A DNA stretch of 64,000 nt, taken from assembly GCA_013265495.1 (NCBI GenBank), contig MU058241.1, positions 1,615,249 through 1,679,248 of the forward strand. The letters run 5' to 3'. This stretch comes from Vicugna vicugna (lineage: Eukaryota). A model generated the notes under the pieces. That model was not told where the DNA came from. It saw only the letters and a program-made list of their open reading frames with translations, and made no database searches. The position numbers were made by a program, and so were the translations under genes. Shown here piece by piece: positions 1 through 13,250 of this stretch (its first letter is position 1; each line of letters opens with the position of its first letter).

Positions 1-250
1 ACGACCCCCGACCTCCGAGGGAGGCTCGGGAGGGACGGCGAGGTAAACATCGCAAAGCCACGCAGAGCCACGGAGCAAAGCCACAGGAGGGTGGAGGTGC
101 AGGCCGAGCAGACGGCGCTTCGGGGGGCTGGGGTCGGGGGGATTGAGAAGCACAAACGTGGAAGGAAGAGCAAGTCCTTCCAGGTAGAGGGAGCCACGAG
201 CACACGCCACAGGGATGCCCAGAGCAGAGCAGCGGGTTGGCTGAGACTCA

Positions 251-745
<495 letters not shown>

Positions 746-1496
746 TTACCAGGCGGCCACAACGTCCCGATATCTGAGTGGTCCTTCCCGCCAACGAGAG
801 CATGAGAGAGCTACAAAGTGGTAATTAAGCAACCGGCGCTGAGAACACCAGCTGATACAGCTGGGCGCCATATGCAATGCGGGGAGGCCAGCTGGGCTCA
901 GGAATCAGCTGATGTCATCCTCTAAGGAGCTCCGTGAGTCGGGACTATTATCACCCCAAGATGATGGGACGAAGAAACGGAGTGACTTATCCAACGTCCT
1001 GTGTGTCGTAAGGGCCAATGAGAACCATGCCCAGCTGACTGGGTGTGATGCTTTCAACTGCCCTCCCCACGACTTCTCCTACACCCAGTTTTCTGCCTAG
1101 TGCCTTGGCAAACAGTTTATTCACAAACTCCAGGTCTATCAAAAATAAGAATTCCTGACAATCTGTGTTAAAAAAAAAAGGTAATATATAACACGGGACA
1201 ACACGAATTGGATAGACTTCAATGAAAACGAAGTCCTAAGTCTGAATGAATGAATCTATAAATAATAACAATGATGACATTAAATGCCCTGAGGATGTAA
1301 AGACTCTTGCATACATTTACATATGACATACACCCATGACACATAGTGTTATGCCCTGAAAAGTAAATATATTCCTCTACGGGTGGGTGTTTACACCAAC
1401 AAGGTAACATTCTAGTGGCAAACAATAACCATAGACAACTGGCAATGAGCAAATTAAGACTATTTGGAGGTTAATTAAAGACAAAACAAGTCTATT

Positions 1497-1708
1497 TTTT
1501 ATGGCTGAGTAGTATTCCATTGTATAAATAGACCACATCTTCTTTATCCAGTCATCTGTCGATGGACATTTAGGCTGTTTCCATGTCTTGGCTACTGTAA
1601 ATAGTGCTTCTATGAACACTGGGGTGCAGGTGTCTTTTTGAAGTAGGGTTCCTTCTGGATATATGTCCGGGAGCAGGATTCCTGGGTCATATGGTAAATC
1701 TATTCCTA
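1497..1708 (-). mobile_element. LINE-1 fragment, ORF2 C-terminal region
   Basis: Translates to IDLPYDPGILL...KDTCTPVFIEALFTVAKTWKQPKCPSTDDWIKKMWSIYTMEYYSAIK, the typical end of L1 ORF2. Confidence 0.9.
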
Positions 1709-4299
1709 AAATTTTGTTTTGAGTGAAACACACATTCACAGCCACTAGGGAAATTACATGGTCACTGACAGCATCAGGTCACTTCCACCGAAACATGGGG
1801 CAGAAAGCTACTTGGAAAGAGACTGTTGGACTTGATGAATTTCTTCCTTTCATGAAAACCACTGCATCTCTGTCCTCCTCCATTATTGAGGGATTGAGAA
1901 CCTGGAAGTTTAACTTGATGATATAATTCGTACTGCAGACTAAGAGGCCTTATGTCCTTTGAGTTTTTTTCTTTTTTTTTTTTTGTGGTTTATTTTGGTG
2001 TCACTAAAATCTGCCTAATGTAATTACAGCCTCGCTGCTCCTCCAGCCACAGTCCTCAGTTATTAATCACACGCTCTGCCGAGGTCCACAGAACTGAAAA
2101 TATCCTCTTATCCTGAGCTAAAAATAAGAACAAAAGACAGACTTGGCTCACTTCCCAAGCCTGGTTCCTATCGGCCTGAGACGAACAGGGAAGAGAGACA
2201 GTTGTGTTCAGAAGCGGCAAGTTGCGTGAAAGGCTGTTTCTACCCTGAAATGACAGGTGTTGTGCCTTTGAAGAAAGACTCAGGCCTGAAGACGGTGAGA
2301 TACTAAACAGGTGGGAAGAAAGGAAGGGAGGAGGGCTGAGCACCTGAGCGGGAGGCAACCCCAGGACAGGTGGGTCGGACCTCCTCCACCACCTCTCCCT
2401 CCAAGGGGACAGAAGGCCTTTCCATGACGGCTCAAGAGTGAGAGTGAATTTCCATTCCTCGGAAGCGACCTCCACCTTCATTTCTTGAAGCTCTTTTTCA
2501 TCGCAAGCCAACAAAACTCAACCCTTAAGAACACAGGAGACAGAAGTCTTTTCTGAAAATCAGTATTTCACAACTGACCTGGGCCGTGATCACACAACAG
2601 GGGATTTGACGACAAAAACCAGAGTCCAAGTCTCACCAATTTTTTTCTTCCCAAGCAAGACATTTGTCTTTTTTTTTTTTTAAGGAGGGAAGCAAAGTCT
2701 GTTCTGCAAACTTTTTTTTTTTCTTCCAATGCAGAGATAGATCTCATTTTTTAAAATGTCCTTCACCTAACGTGCTCTTTCCAGGAAGCAGGCAATAAAT
2801 CACACTGCGGTGGAAAAACCACCGTTGAACAGTGCTGCGGACACACGGCTTGTCAAAAACAGGCTCATTTCTGCCATGAAAAATGAAAAGTGACCCCACT
2901 GAGCTAAACTTGTAGATGGTGTCTGAGTTATCAAAACACTCGGGATTGTTTTAAGGCACGTGTGCAAGTCGCATTTAACCGTGGCCAACGGCCCGGAGAC
3001 GGCACATTTCCTTTCGTGTGGCCGGTGTGGACACGTTTCTATAACATCATGACTTGTGCGAGAGGGGCCCACACGCCTTCAAAGTGACACAAAGCATTGC
3101 TGTTTTCTGTGGGAATCATTGCATCGGCCTTTTCTGTAAACGGATTCAAGTTTTCATAGCAAGCTTGCTAGACAGCCTCTGCTACACAATGGGATGCGTT
3201 CTTTCCTGCTGTCTGCTTGATTCTGTGAAAAACGTGTTCACTGGAGACTGTTTTTAATTTGGAACGTGAGATTACCCTCTGTGGTGTCCTGACTCACGAT
3301 GGCCATGTGGATATTAGCAATTCGGTGCCAAGAAGCATTGTGTTCGAATTTCAGGTCAAATTTGGTAACGCGGGGATGACTGTGACGTAACTGAAAAGAG
3401 CACGTGAGGGGAACCTTCTTTGGGGTACAGTGACGTCACTCCCCCATGAATGCACTGCCTCTTTCTCTCTGTCTCTCTTTTATTCCCATGAGCAAGTTGG
3501 AAGATTTCTGTTTTCTTATCTCTGCTGTCTCCAGGATGGTGATAACATTTTGTAGGACCTGGGACCTCAACCCCGAGACACTATCCTCAGGTTGAGTGAG
3601 ACCACCAATGGGGGAGACCCAAGAAAAGAACCTTCGATACTCAGAATGGGTTGTACTGATGATGCTGGCTTGCGTATAAAAGAGCTGGGCCTGCCACTGA
3701 GGGGGCCGCTCCCCACATCCACGGGCTCATGCCAGATAAACAGGCTGACCTCCATCGGCCTCAGAATGGGGCGCGTAGGAGGTGTCAGCACCAAACTTCC
3801 CTCTAGGGATTTTCCTCTTTGCCCCTGAACTTCTTCCTTCCCTTGCCTCTTCCCAGTTAGATGGAAAACCATCTAAAGAGACTGATGATTTTAATGTCAC
3901 GAACCATGAGATCTGCCCTCTTAGCGCAGCAGGCAGAGTGTCAGTCTCATAATGTCATGAACCATGAGACAAAAAAAAGACAGGGAATGAAACTACCTGA
4001 ACACTCTGTGGGAGCTGCTTACAGAAAAATTGGGATTTATTCCCAAAGAGCAGACAGACACATGGGGTGAGTGTTTTGGTTTTCTGTAAGAAAAGATTTT
4101 GATGAGTGACGGCTGCCAAGCTTTGTGTCTGTCACTTGAGTGGAAAAATAATACTGTGGCTGGGGTAGAAGATCTTAGACGTCCCCTTGGGCCACAGAGT
4201 TTATGACTTTATTATCCAGATGAACAGTAAACATGGAAGTGGAAAGAATGCCTCTCACCTCTCAACATGGCAGACGAAAAGCAATATGGCGGACGAAGC

Positions 4300-4500
4300 A
4301 AAAGCAGCAAGTGTTCATGCATTCACTGTTCTGCACATGACACGCTCTCACGCTTTCCATCCTCACAGCAACCCTCTAAGGGCAGTGCTGTTATACAACC
4401 CATTTGCAGGAGAAGACGTCAAGGTCCAGTAAGTTACCCACTTTGGTAAGAGTGAAGCCAAGATTTGGAGCCAAGCAGTACGCCTCTAGGCTCTTTGCTC
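4300..4500 (-). mobile_element. MIR SINE remnant
   Basis: catcctcacagcaaccctctaagg...cccatttgcaggagaagac...gagccaagcagtac resembles the antisense MIR core; boundaries approximate. Confidence 0.65.
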
Positions 4501-4512
4501 TTCTCCCGGAAC

Positions 4513-4853
4513 CAGCTAGTCTCAAAGCGTGGTCCCGAGACCCACAGGGATCCCTGAGACCTTTTACGAGGTCTACCAGGTCAAACTGTCTTCACAATAA
4601 TGCAAAACATTCTTTGCCTCCTGGAGCACCAGTGCTTCATGGGGCTTACGGTGGATTTCCCCAGTGGCGACACCAGCTGTGAGCTGATGCGATGTCTCCT
4701 TGGGTGCTCTTGTGTTTAAAAACTTTCATTTCCAGGTTGAACTGCTCGTATGATAAACACTGACAGGTACATCCCACAGACACAAAACATCTCTGGATTC
4801 CTGGATCAGTAAAGTGTGTACCTGGGTCTTGAGCCACAACGTTCGTGAACCAT
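4513..4853 (+). mobile_element. hAT-Charlie-type non-autonomous DNA transposon remnant
   Basis: Starts cagctagtctcaaagcgtggtcc (degenerate CAGTGGTTCTCAAAGTGTGGTCC TIR) and ends ttcgtgaaccatg, a degenerate reverse TIR. Confidence 0.55.
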
Positions 4854-5671
4854 GGAACTCTACAATCCCACTGCTCCCTTTTGTGTGCACATGTGTGCAT
4901 GTGAGCCCTTGGAGAGGAAGGTACCTCTCAAGCAGAAATTTGGGAAAAAAAAAATGAAGAACGAAAGAAGCTTGCCAACAGTGGGAGGGGAGCCAACCTA
5001 TCCTCGGACTTCAGCTCCGGCCGAGCTATTGTTTTTGTCTCCAGTTTCCCATTTCCTCTTGGTTCTGCTGGCGGCTGAATTTAAATGAGATTTCCAGCCA
5101 TTACGGTGGCCTGCCACCAAACTAATGAAAACAATTCGTCAGCGTGCCTCACTCAGGACTCTTCAGATTGGCAATAACACTTAACAAGAAACCATCGGCC
5201 ATGGCATATGACGTTGCATCTAAATTCGAGAGAAAGACGGATTTAGCACTCGCTCCATGATGACGTGCTGGGAAATCGGGCCCTTCCCAGGGCGGGAAGC
5301 AGCTGCCTTTCTCACAGCTGCAGCCAAGACCTGCCGAGTGGGGTCAGGCGGGAAGCTGTGGGGTGAAACGTGGGCGGTTACTAGGGGCGTCGGTCCAGCT
5401 GCCCTTCGGTGAGCTGACAGTGGGCACAGACAAGACAGAGCTCATCAGCGGGATGCTAGAGGAGTAAGTCTCAAAGGCCACACATCCCATCGCACCTCCG
5501 ACTGTGTTTCCCACTGGGATAATGGGATGGACGGAGCAGATTTTTACGTCAGCGGACCCACCAGTAAGTCCCATAACTGGGCATGGACAACAGGCCCAGC
5601 AGGCAAAACCAGAACGCCCTCGCCTGCAAACTCTGAAGGAGACGATCGCAAGCACCCGTGAGTCCCAGTAC

Positions 5672-5831
5672 CTGTCTTCAGGCAGCGGCGCCCCGGCAAG
5701 CTTGGCCACCGTCGGAAATATGTCCATGTTGCTTGTCGGCTCATCGATCTCCAGCCCAGCCTGGATCACCCCCGGCCAGCGGAGGACGCCTGGGACCCGG
5801 ATACCGCCTTCCCAGTTGTTCGCTTTTCCCC
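5672..5831 (-). CDS. STS: STS exon 8 (160 nt)
   Basis: [59 protein letters not shown]| acceptor, |GTACTG donor. Confidence 0.97.
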
Positions 5832-6184
5832 CTAAAACAGACACCGAAGGAGAAGCATGGAGCAAATGTGCACATCTTTCCGGTACTCACTTCAGTGCAC
5901 TCGTCAGTGCCCAACGTCAGGCAGCCCGCTTGGAAGAACCAAGTGCTTTAAAGACATGGAGTCCACGAGAATTTCACATTATCTGTTGTGTTGGAAAAAA
6001 AATACATAAATACACGGCATGGTCACTGCAGGCATGACACATGGCCGGAGCTGCCTGGTGGGCACAAGTCACGCCTTTGTACTCTGGGAGACGCAAATCT
6101 CGCAGCAACAAAGACTTATCACAATGACACTGGAGTCAGAGAGTCCCAATTCTACTCTACCTCTTTTTTTTTTTTTAAACCAGC

Positions 6185-6642
6185 GGTGGCAGACATAAGA
6201 ATGGTGCCCTCAATTGTCCACGTCCAAATCCCTGGTACCTTATATGACACAAGGAGAGATTATTCTGGATTATGGAAGTGGGTCGAATATAACCACGAGG
6301 GGCCTTCTCAGGGAAAGAGGGAGGCGGGAGAGATGGCGTCAGAGCAGCTGGGGCCATAGTCAGAGAGGGAGACTGGAAGATGCTGCGTCACTGGCTTTGA
6401 AGATGGAGAGTGCTGCCCCACGCCAGGGGACGCAGGTGGCCTCTCGCCACTGGAAAAGCCCAGGAAACAGGCGTTCCCCCAGAGCCTCCATACAGGAACA
6501 CAGTTCTGCTGACAGCCTGATTTTAGCCCAGGTGGACCCATGTTGGACATCTGACCTTCACATCTGTAAGGACACCAATCTGTGTTATTTTGAGCCACCA
6601 ACTGGGTGGTGATTCGTTATCGCAGCCCTAGGAAGTGAAAGC
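6185..6642 (+). mobile_element. MaLR solo LTR (MLT1-like)
   Basis: Diagnostic MLT1 blocks: tgtccacgtccaaatccctgg, ctggctttgaagatggag, cccagagcctcca, ttggacatctgacct, gttatcgcagccctaggaa. Confidence 0.8.
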
Positions 6643-8195
6643 ACCAGCTGGGCACATGAACAACCGTCCTGTGTCTCGCAGTCCGGCACGTTAGACGCAA
6701 GTCCGGCATGGGGTTATGATCCCCGGGGCCTGAAAGCCAGGAGAGCACACACATGACGACCGCTGTCACCACCGCTGTGATTCTATAGCTGTTCCGGTCG
6801 GGAAAACCAGCTTCGTACACATAAGGCGATTCCAAATAAACTAAACAGAGAAGGAAACGGGTACTGGGAGGGACCGGGAGGGGCCGGGAGGGCTGAGCTG
6901 GGAGAGGACCACGATGCCAACAGAAGCTGCTCCCCAGGGCCTCCCACCCGCGGACCCTGCAAAACACAGACAGCAGCCCGGCAGCCTCGCGCTCAGGGAG
7001 GTCGGGGCTGGGTCCCTCGAGCCGGGAGCACATGCAAGGACGGGGAACCAGACATGCCGCTTCCCCGGGAGTATTTCCCCAGGACTTTACACCAAGCTGA
7101 GCACAGAGCTGGACCCCAGAGGAATCGTAACCTCGGGAAGTTAGGCTGGGGAGGAAGGGAGCGGGTTCAAGTTCAGCTCCTCGCAAATACCTTCCCAACA
7201 CGCAACTGGCATGGAAAATTAAACAGACAGTTAAATAAAGAAAGTTGGAAGAGAACGCAGATTCAGAGCAGGGATACAGTGCCTGGACATGACTGATGCA
7301 TGGTTCATACACGGACATAAATTCCACTTAAACTTAAAAAATGAAACGATGGAGATCTAGGTTTGAGGGATTTTGAAAAGCAAACCTTCATTTCTTAACG
7401 CTAGTTTCTAGTGAACTGTGGACTGAACGCTGATGACTGTAGACTGAATTCCTTGTATGGGCAAGATCTTCCCGCTGCCGGCACCCATATGTTTTAGATG
7501 CACAGACATATAGGGAAAACTCTCACATGTGAATTCTTTATCGGTTTGCAATTTCTGTGGTGGCCGGCCTCCTAGGAAAGTTAAAATTCTTCCTCGTCAT
7601 CTTTTCAGTGAGACCTTAAGGTAATTATCTGACCAATACTGTTATTCCTGCTTCGTGGGTTTCACACCCAAGAAATGAGAAGTTTGAATCACTTGGCAGA
7701 GTTCATTCAAGCTGTCACTAGCGGAGCAGTTGCAGGAGGCGTCACAACGTGTGAGTTAGTGTCTGATTAATCTTCCAGCAGATCAAGCTCACAGCACTCT
7801 CACTTTAAATTTAACGACAACAAAAACAAACCAACAAACAAAAAGTGGTTTCTGCCGAACCAGAAAGGGCTAGTTGAACTAGCGGCTAGTCTATACACTG
7901 ATCGCCCCCCTGGTTAAAATAAAACAGAACAGAATAAATGGGAAGACAGACCAAAATGATAAGATAATGGAAAAGCATCCTTGAACAGTCTACCCTTCCA
8001 GATGCAATGTGGCCTTGCAGATTGGATCCTGAAACTGAAAAAGGGCATTTGGTGGAAAATTCGTCTTTTGGTTGACAGCGATGGACTAAGCTTCATTTCC
8101 TGACAAATGTACGAGGGTTATGCAGAAAGTTAACACTGGGGGAAGCTGGGGGAAGGCAGTGTTTTTAGAATAACAATGATTAAAAAAAATGACAG

Positions 8196-8400
8196 GCATC
8201 TGCAGAATAAATAAACAAGATTATACCGCATAGCACAGGGAAATACATACGAGATCTTGTGGGAGCTCACGGTGAAAAACACTGTGACAATGAATATATG
8301 TATATGTTCATGTACAACTGAAAAACTGTGCTCTACACTGGAATTTGACACAACATTGTAAACTGACTACAACTCAATAAAAAAATGTTAAAAAAGTAAA
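8196..8400 (+). mobile_element. L1 3' end (young type) with AATAAA/A tail, lying next to an older L1M 3' remnant (about 7990-8160)
   Basis: atagcacagggaaatacatac...ctctacactggaatttgacacaacattgtaaactgactacaactcaataaaaaaatgttaaaaaa; the same terminus occurs at 39556-39617. Confidence 0.8.
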
Positions 8401-8986
8401 GTGATTATCAATATGATTGAAAATATATATATATATTTAAAAACTTTTAACAGATGCGTGCACACACTGCCTATGCATTTGACGGGGCAGGATTCCACAT
8501 TTCCAAGTATATGTTGATGAGCAACAATCCTTGCTGGTCAGATGGCAAGGCTCTGAGTCTTCTCCATCCTGCTGGATTGCCATGGAAAAGGATACACACA
8601 AAATGTACGTGTCTTTAAAAGTCCAGCACGCTGCTCTCCCAGGAACTGCTGGGAGATGTCATGTCATTGTCATGAAGTTCACAGGAATCAAAAGACTCAC
8701 CCCCGCGCACGTGATGTGCTCACCCGACATTCGCCAAGCAGTGGCTTACTAGGATCAGGAATCGTGACGGAGTTCACCGTGTTCCGGGAACCAGCCAAGC
8801 TCACGACAGATATTAACTTATCATTACTCTGCAAAGGAAGTAAGTACCCCATTTCACAGTTGGGAAGACTGTGGCCAAGACTGCACAGCAAGTAAGTATG
8901 GTATCAGAACCTGTGCCGCTGAGAAACTCTACTCCTAGCCTAGTAAATTACGAGATTCTGCTGTTATTCTCAGAATCCCAAAGGGA

Positions 8987-9318
8987 AGGCTTTCAATTCT
9001 TCAGCGATGAGTATTATGTTGGCTGTGGGTTAGTCCTAAGTGCCTTTCATTATGTGGAGATAAGTTCCCTCTATACGCACTTCGATAACAGTTTTTATCA
9101 TAAATGGGTGTTAAATTTTATCTAATGCTTTTCCCACATCTATCGAGATGATCGTGTGACTTTTGTCCTTTTTTTTGTGGATGTGCTGTATCCCGTTGAT
9201 TGATTAGCGTATGTTGAACCATTCTTGTGTCCCTGGGATGAACCCAACTTGATCATTGTGTATGATCTTTTTTTTAAAAATGTGTTGTTGGAGTTTGTTT
9301 GCTAATATTTTGTTGAGT
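8987..9318 (-). mobile_element. Internal L1 ORF2 (RT-region) fragment flanked by a perfect 15-bp direct repeat
   Basis: Antisense L1 ORF2 sequence (ctcaacaaaatattagcaaac = LNKILAN ... gaaagccttccct); AGAATCCCAAAGGGA at 8972-8986 and 9319-9333. Confidence 0.88.
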
Positions 9319-10299
9319 AGAATCCCAAAGGGAGCTCAAAGATATGCCAACAAGGATCTTGCCCTGCAGAGGCTCCAAGCCTCAAAGGAGAGCTCAGACA
9401 CACGCACAGAGAACTTACTGGGGACCGACAGAAAGCACAGGGCACTCTTCTTCCCGTGGAACGCCTGCCCTAAATCAACAGACTTTGAGTTGGTTTGCGA
9501 AGGAGAAATAAGGTTAGCAGAGGAGGAGGTGAGACTGCAGGGCAGATACAAGAAAAACAGGTAAAGGAATGTGGATTCTTTCTTTCCAAAAACGTATGAG
9601 CAGAGAAAAGAGCACGGTCTAAATTTAAAGTCTGGTCGTGTAATTTTCAAATTCATGCTTTTAACATCCTGGTGGCACTCGGCCGGGATGGGAAGTCACA
9701 GACGGAGGATGGCTGAGTTACTCAATCTCTGCAGGCGAGAGAGAATTCAGAGACAATTCTGCCATTTACGTGGAGGCTCTCGTTGGGAACAGCTGTCTGC
9801 AAGCCAGGCTTCTATTTTTGCCCCGACAAACGCTGCGACCCAGCGGGTCAAATGCCTTTGAATGGCAAGAGCACATGCTCCTCATTTTTCTCCTTGATTT
9901 GGGCACAGACGTTTATGACATATTCTGTCTGTCTTTTTTCCTCCTCTTGGGCGTCTCCCCGCCCGGGTAACACTGACTCCCTGGATGGATGGGAGCCACA
10001 AACAAGCACGGGACAAGTGCAACTCACACCAAACACTTTCTCACCCAAGACGCTGTGGTTCCCACTCTCCTCGACGTATTCATTCCACAGTCTAAAAACC
10101 CACCCATTCTAGATGGGAGAGCTGACAACACTGTCCAGGTTCTGTCAAACTAGCATCCACCTGCGATCAGGGAAAGAGATAGAGAACAGCGATCTGCTCA
10201 CGTCAGGGTCCAAGGAGAGGCAAACACTGAACGGACACCCTTCAAGTAACTGACATGGTAGGAAAAGTTAATGGGGACCATTTGGTTTGTGAGGTTTTT

Positions 10300-10410
10300 T
10301 GCGGGTGGGGAGGTAATTAGGTCTATTTATTTAGTATGGAGGTCCGGGGATTGAACCCAGGACCTCGTGCATGCTAAGCACACGCTCTACCACTGAGCTA
10401 GACCCTCCCC
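10300..10410 (-). mobile_element. Vic-1-type camelid SINE (tRNA-Ala derived)
   Basis: Minus strand reads ggggagggtctagctcagtggtagagcgtgtgcttagcatgcacgaggtcctgggttcaatcccc...aaatagacctaattacctcccc; A and B boxes present. Confidence 0.9.
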
Positions 10411-11809
10411 TAAGGGTGACGATTTAAGCCAGATACCAAACTGCTAATTAATCTGAGTCTGGGGCTGGCATATGTTTCCCCCGAAGAGCCAGGGAGCAGC
10501 TATTTTAGCTTTGGTGGGTGGTTTTCCCAGCTCCTCAGTAGAGGAGACTGAAAGCTTTCTTTGGGAAGATCTTCAAGTTCCAACCATTATGCTCCTCAAT
10601 TCCCCAGCACCTCCTCTCACTGCTCTTTCCTACAGAAGAGGCTGTCCCTCCTCCTTTCAAACATCAACCTTCCTTCTAAGCTTTAGATCTCATTTCCTAC
10701 CATCTTCTTAGAAACCTGACATTCTCAATGATTCCTTGTCTCTTAACTCCGTTGAAGTTGACTTGGAAGAATGAAATACACTCCGATCTCCCCCAATAGA
10801 AAGTTCCCCTTTCACAGCCATTGTTTCTGCGTAGACACATTTCTGAGAAGAATCTGAGATCCTGCCCACCTTCCACTTCCTCTTCCACCGTCTGGTCCCT
10901 GCCCCTCACTGTCACTGAAAAAACACGCCTTACCATCACATGCGTAATACACGCCGTGCCCTGTGGGGTCTACAGCTTCCTCGACTGCTGATCAGCACTC
11001 ATTTCTCCGAACCGTGCTCTTCCCTGACTCCTCTCTCCCTAGTGTCCTCACTTCCCCAGTCACGCTCTCCACATTCTGCTTCGTTCCATCACCATCTTCC
11101 ATCCCGACTTTCCTGCTCGTCTTGGTCCCTGACTCTCTTCTTACACCAAATGATCGCATATGCCTCCCCGCATGCCAATCAAAAACAAGTCTCTGCCTGG
11201 GCGTCCTCATTCCTACAGGGAACCTCCACGCACCCAGTGACACCAGCCAGAAACAGGAGAGCCAGCTTTGAGGCCTTCTTTTTCCTGAAACCCAGGACAC
11301 AATCAATCGCCAATACCCAAAAGATTTACCGCCCATACCCAATGGATTCACCATGCTCTGCCACCTGCCCTCTTCATGAGGTTAAACAATACAGCCTTCA
11401 AACCCAAACTCAAGTGTTTTTTCATTTACGGTTTAAGTCAAAAATTATTTCCTAAAACACGTCAGGTTCTGGCGATACACACGTGAGTAGAACACATCTA
11501 CCATCATAGTTCTTGTCGTGTCTCGGGTAAGGGTCACACCCTGCCCTTACGAAGGGCACTTAGAAAACAACCTGCGTGTGCTGGCTTTTTAATCATGACA
11601 GTCCTCTACGGTGTTCCTAGACTAACAATCCATTCCTTTCCTTATACTGGATTTTGTTGAGAATGTTCGTCTCTAAATTTAACTACTACCCAAATGGCCA
11701 CACACACACACACACACTTCATTCTGTTGTACACATTAGTGTGGACGTAGGCTACTGTCTCAGCCACACACCCAACATCCCTCGTTCACACCTTCATCTC
11801 TAGCAATAA

Positions 11810-12180
11810 TGAGCGGCGTTTTGCTACCCACAAGCCCCTCACTCGTGCCTGGAATGAACTTCCCACGTCTCCTTCTCCCAGCCAGCACCTCCCAACGTCA
11901 GCCTGCAAAAAGGCCAGCCTCTCCTGCGAAGCTTTCTCAGCTCCCAGATTGCACGAACTACCTGCAAGTGTCCCTTGTCAGAGCTCCCTTACCAGTTTGC
12001 CATTCTGAAATCACCTCCTTAGACCTCCATCCCAACAAAGGAATATAAGCTGCTGGCGGTCAGCGACCCCGGATCAATTGTCTTTAGGACCTAGAAACTA
12101 GCCCGGTGCCTGCCATACCACACAGACTCAATGCATGCATGCTTGTCAGTTGAATTTAACTGAGTGAATGAACAGCTAAG
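11810..12180 (+). mobile_element. L2 LINE 3' remnant
   Basis: gcctggaatgaacttccc...cccggtgcctgccatacc...ctcaatgcatgc...tgagtgaatgaa matches the L2 3' terminus; further L2-like pyrimidine-rich sequence lies at about 10900-11400. Confidence 0.6.
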
Positions 12181-13112
12181 TGAGGATGACACGCGAGCTT
12201 CTTTCAAAGGTGAGAAGCCTGCAGGATGCCTCCCGGCACGTAAACACTGATACTGGTGAGACCGGCCAGGTACTGCCCATTCTTCGGGAGCTGCTGAAAA
12301 CGTTTGCTAAAATCTGGAGAATGACCCTGAATGTCGCCAGCTTCTAATAAACTACCAGAGCCTTTTGCTTTTATTTATTTAATTTTTTACAATGAAGGTA
12401 TCCACTGCTCTGAAAGCTGCGTGACTGCACGAGGGAAAGAGACGCCCAGCTCAGTGGCTGTGAGAAGTGGCTCCTCAGTGAAACGGACTCCAGCCACTCA
12501 GCTGCTTTGGAGTCTGCACTTTGAGGAGAAACCCCAGAAGCTGCGGTGCCCCCAGTCCTGATATCAGGGAGCTCTGAAAGCACGTCTCTGTGCGTGGCGA
12601 AAGTCTATGTTCTTAAACACTCGGGAAAATACGATTCTCAGCTCCCATCCCCACCGACCAATGCTTCGGCAGACGCTGTCTACAGAGTTAATGTAGCCAG
12701 TCCATTGACATTTATTACCTGCTTTAGGCAGAATAAAAGGGAGGAAGGGGTTGAGTGGGGAGTCTCCTGCTGGGTGACCTTTCAGAAAGTCGGGGGTTCC
12801 CGGGAAGGGTTGGCGCCAGGTATGGGTGTTACCAGCTCTCAAATGCTCTTTGAGGCCATGGGTTTGGATGAGATCACACAGGGTGAGTGTGCACACAAAG
12901 AAAGGAGGGGGCGCAGGACAGAGCCCCAGAGGCCTCCAACTTTGAGAGGTAGATCCAAGAAGGACGAGGCACCAATGAAGTCAAGAAGGAGCATCCATGA
13001 GTTCACTGGCACCCACCTCTGTGTACGGAGGGCCCCAGGGGCTTAACCCTGACTGGGACATCCTGTGAAGCTGGGGCGGGGCCGACGGCTCCTTCCCCAG
13101 GAGACCCGCAAT

Positions 13113-13250
13113 CGGGGGAGGGTACAGCTCAGTGCTAGAGCGCATGCTTAGCATGCATGAGGTCCTGGGTTCAACCCCCAGTACCTCCATTAGAAACAAG
13201 TAAATAGATAAATAACCCTAATTACCTCCCCGCTCCAAAAAATAAAAATT
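13113..13250 (+). mobile_element. Vic-1-type SINE
   Basis: gggggagggtacagctcagtgctagagcgcatgcttagcatgcatgaggtcctgggttcaacccccagtacctcca...ccctaattacctcccc followed by an A-rich tail. Confidence 0.92.

Noticed and set aside
13113..13190. Functional tRNA-Ala genes (here and at the other copies)
   Set aside because: They have stem mismatches, SINE-specific extensions, A-rich tails and TSDs, so they are retroposons.
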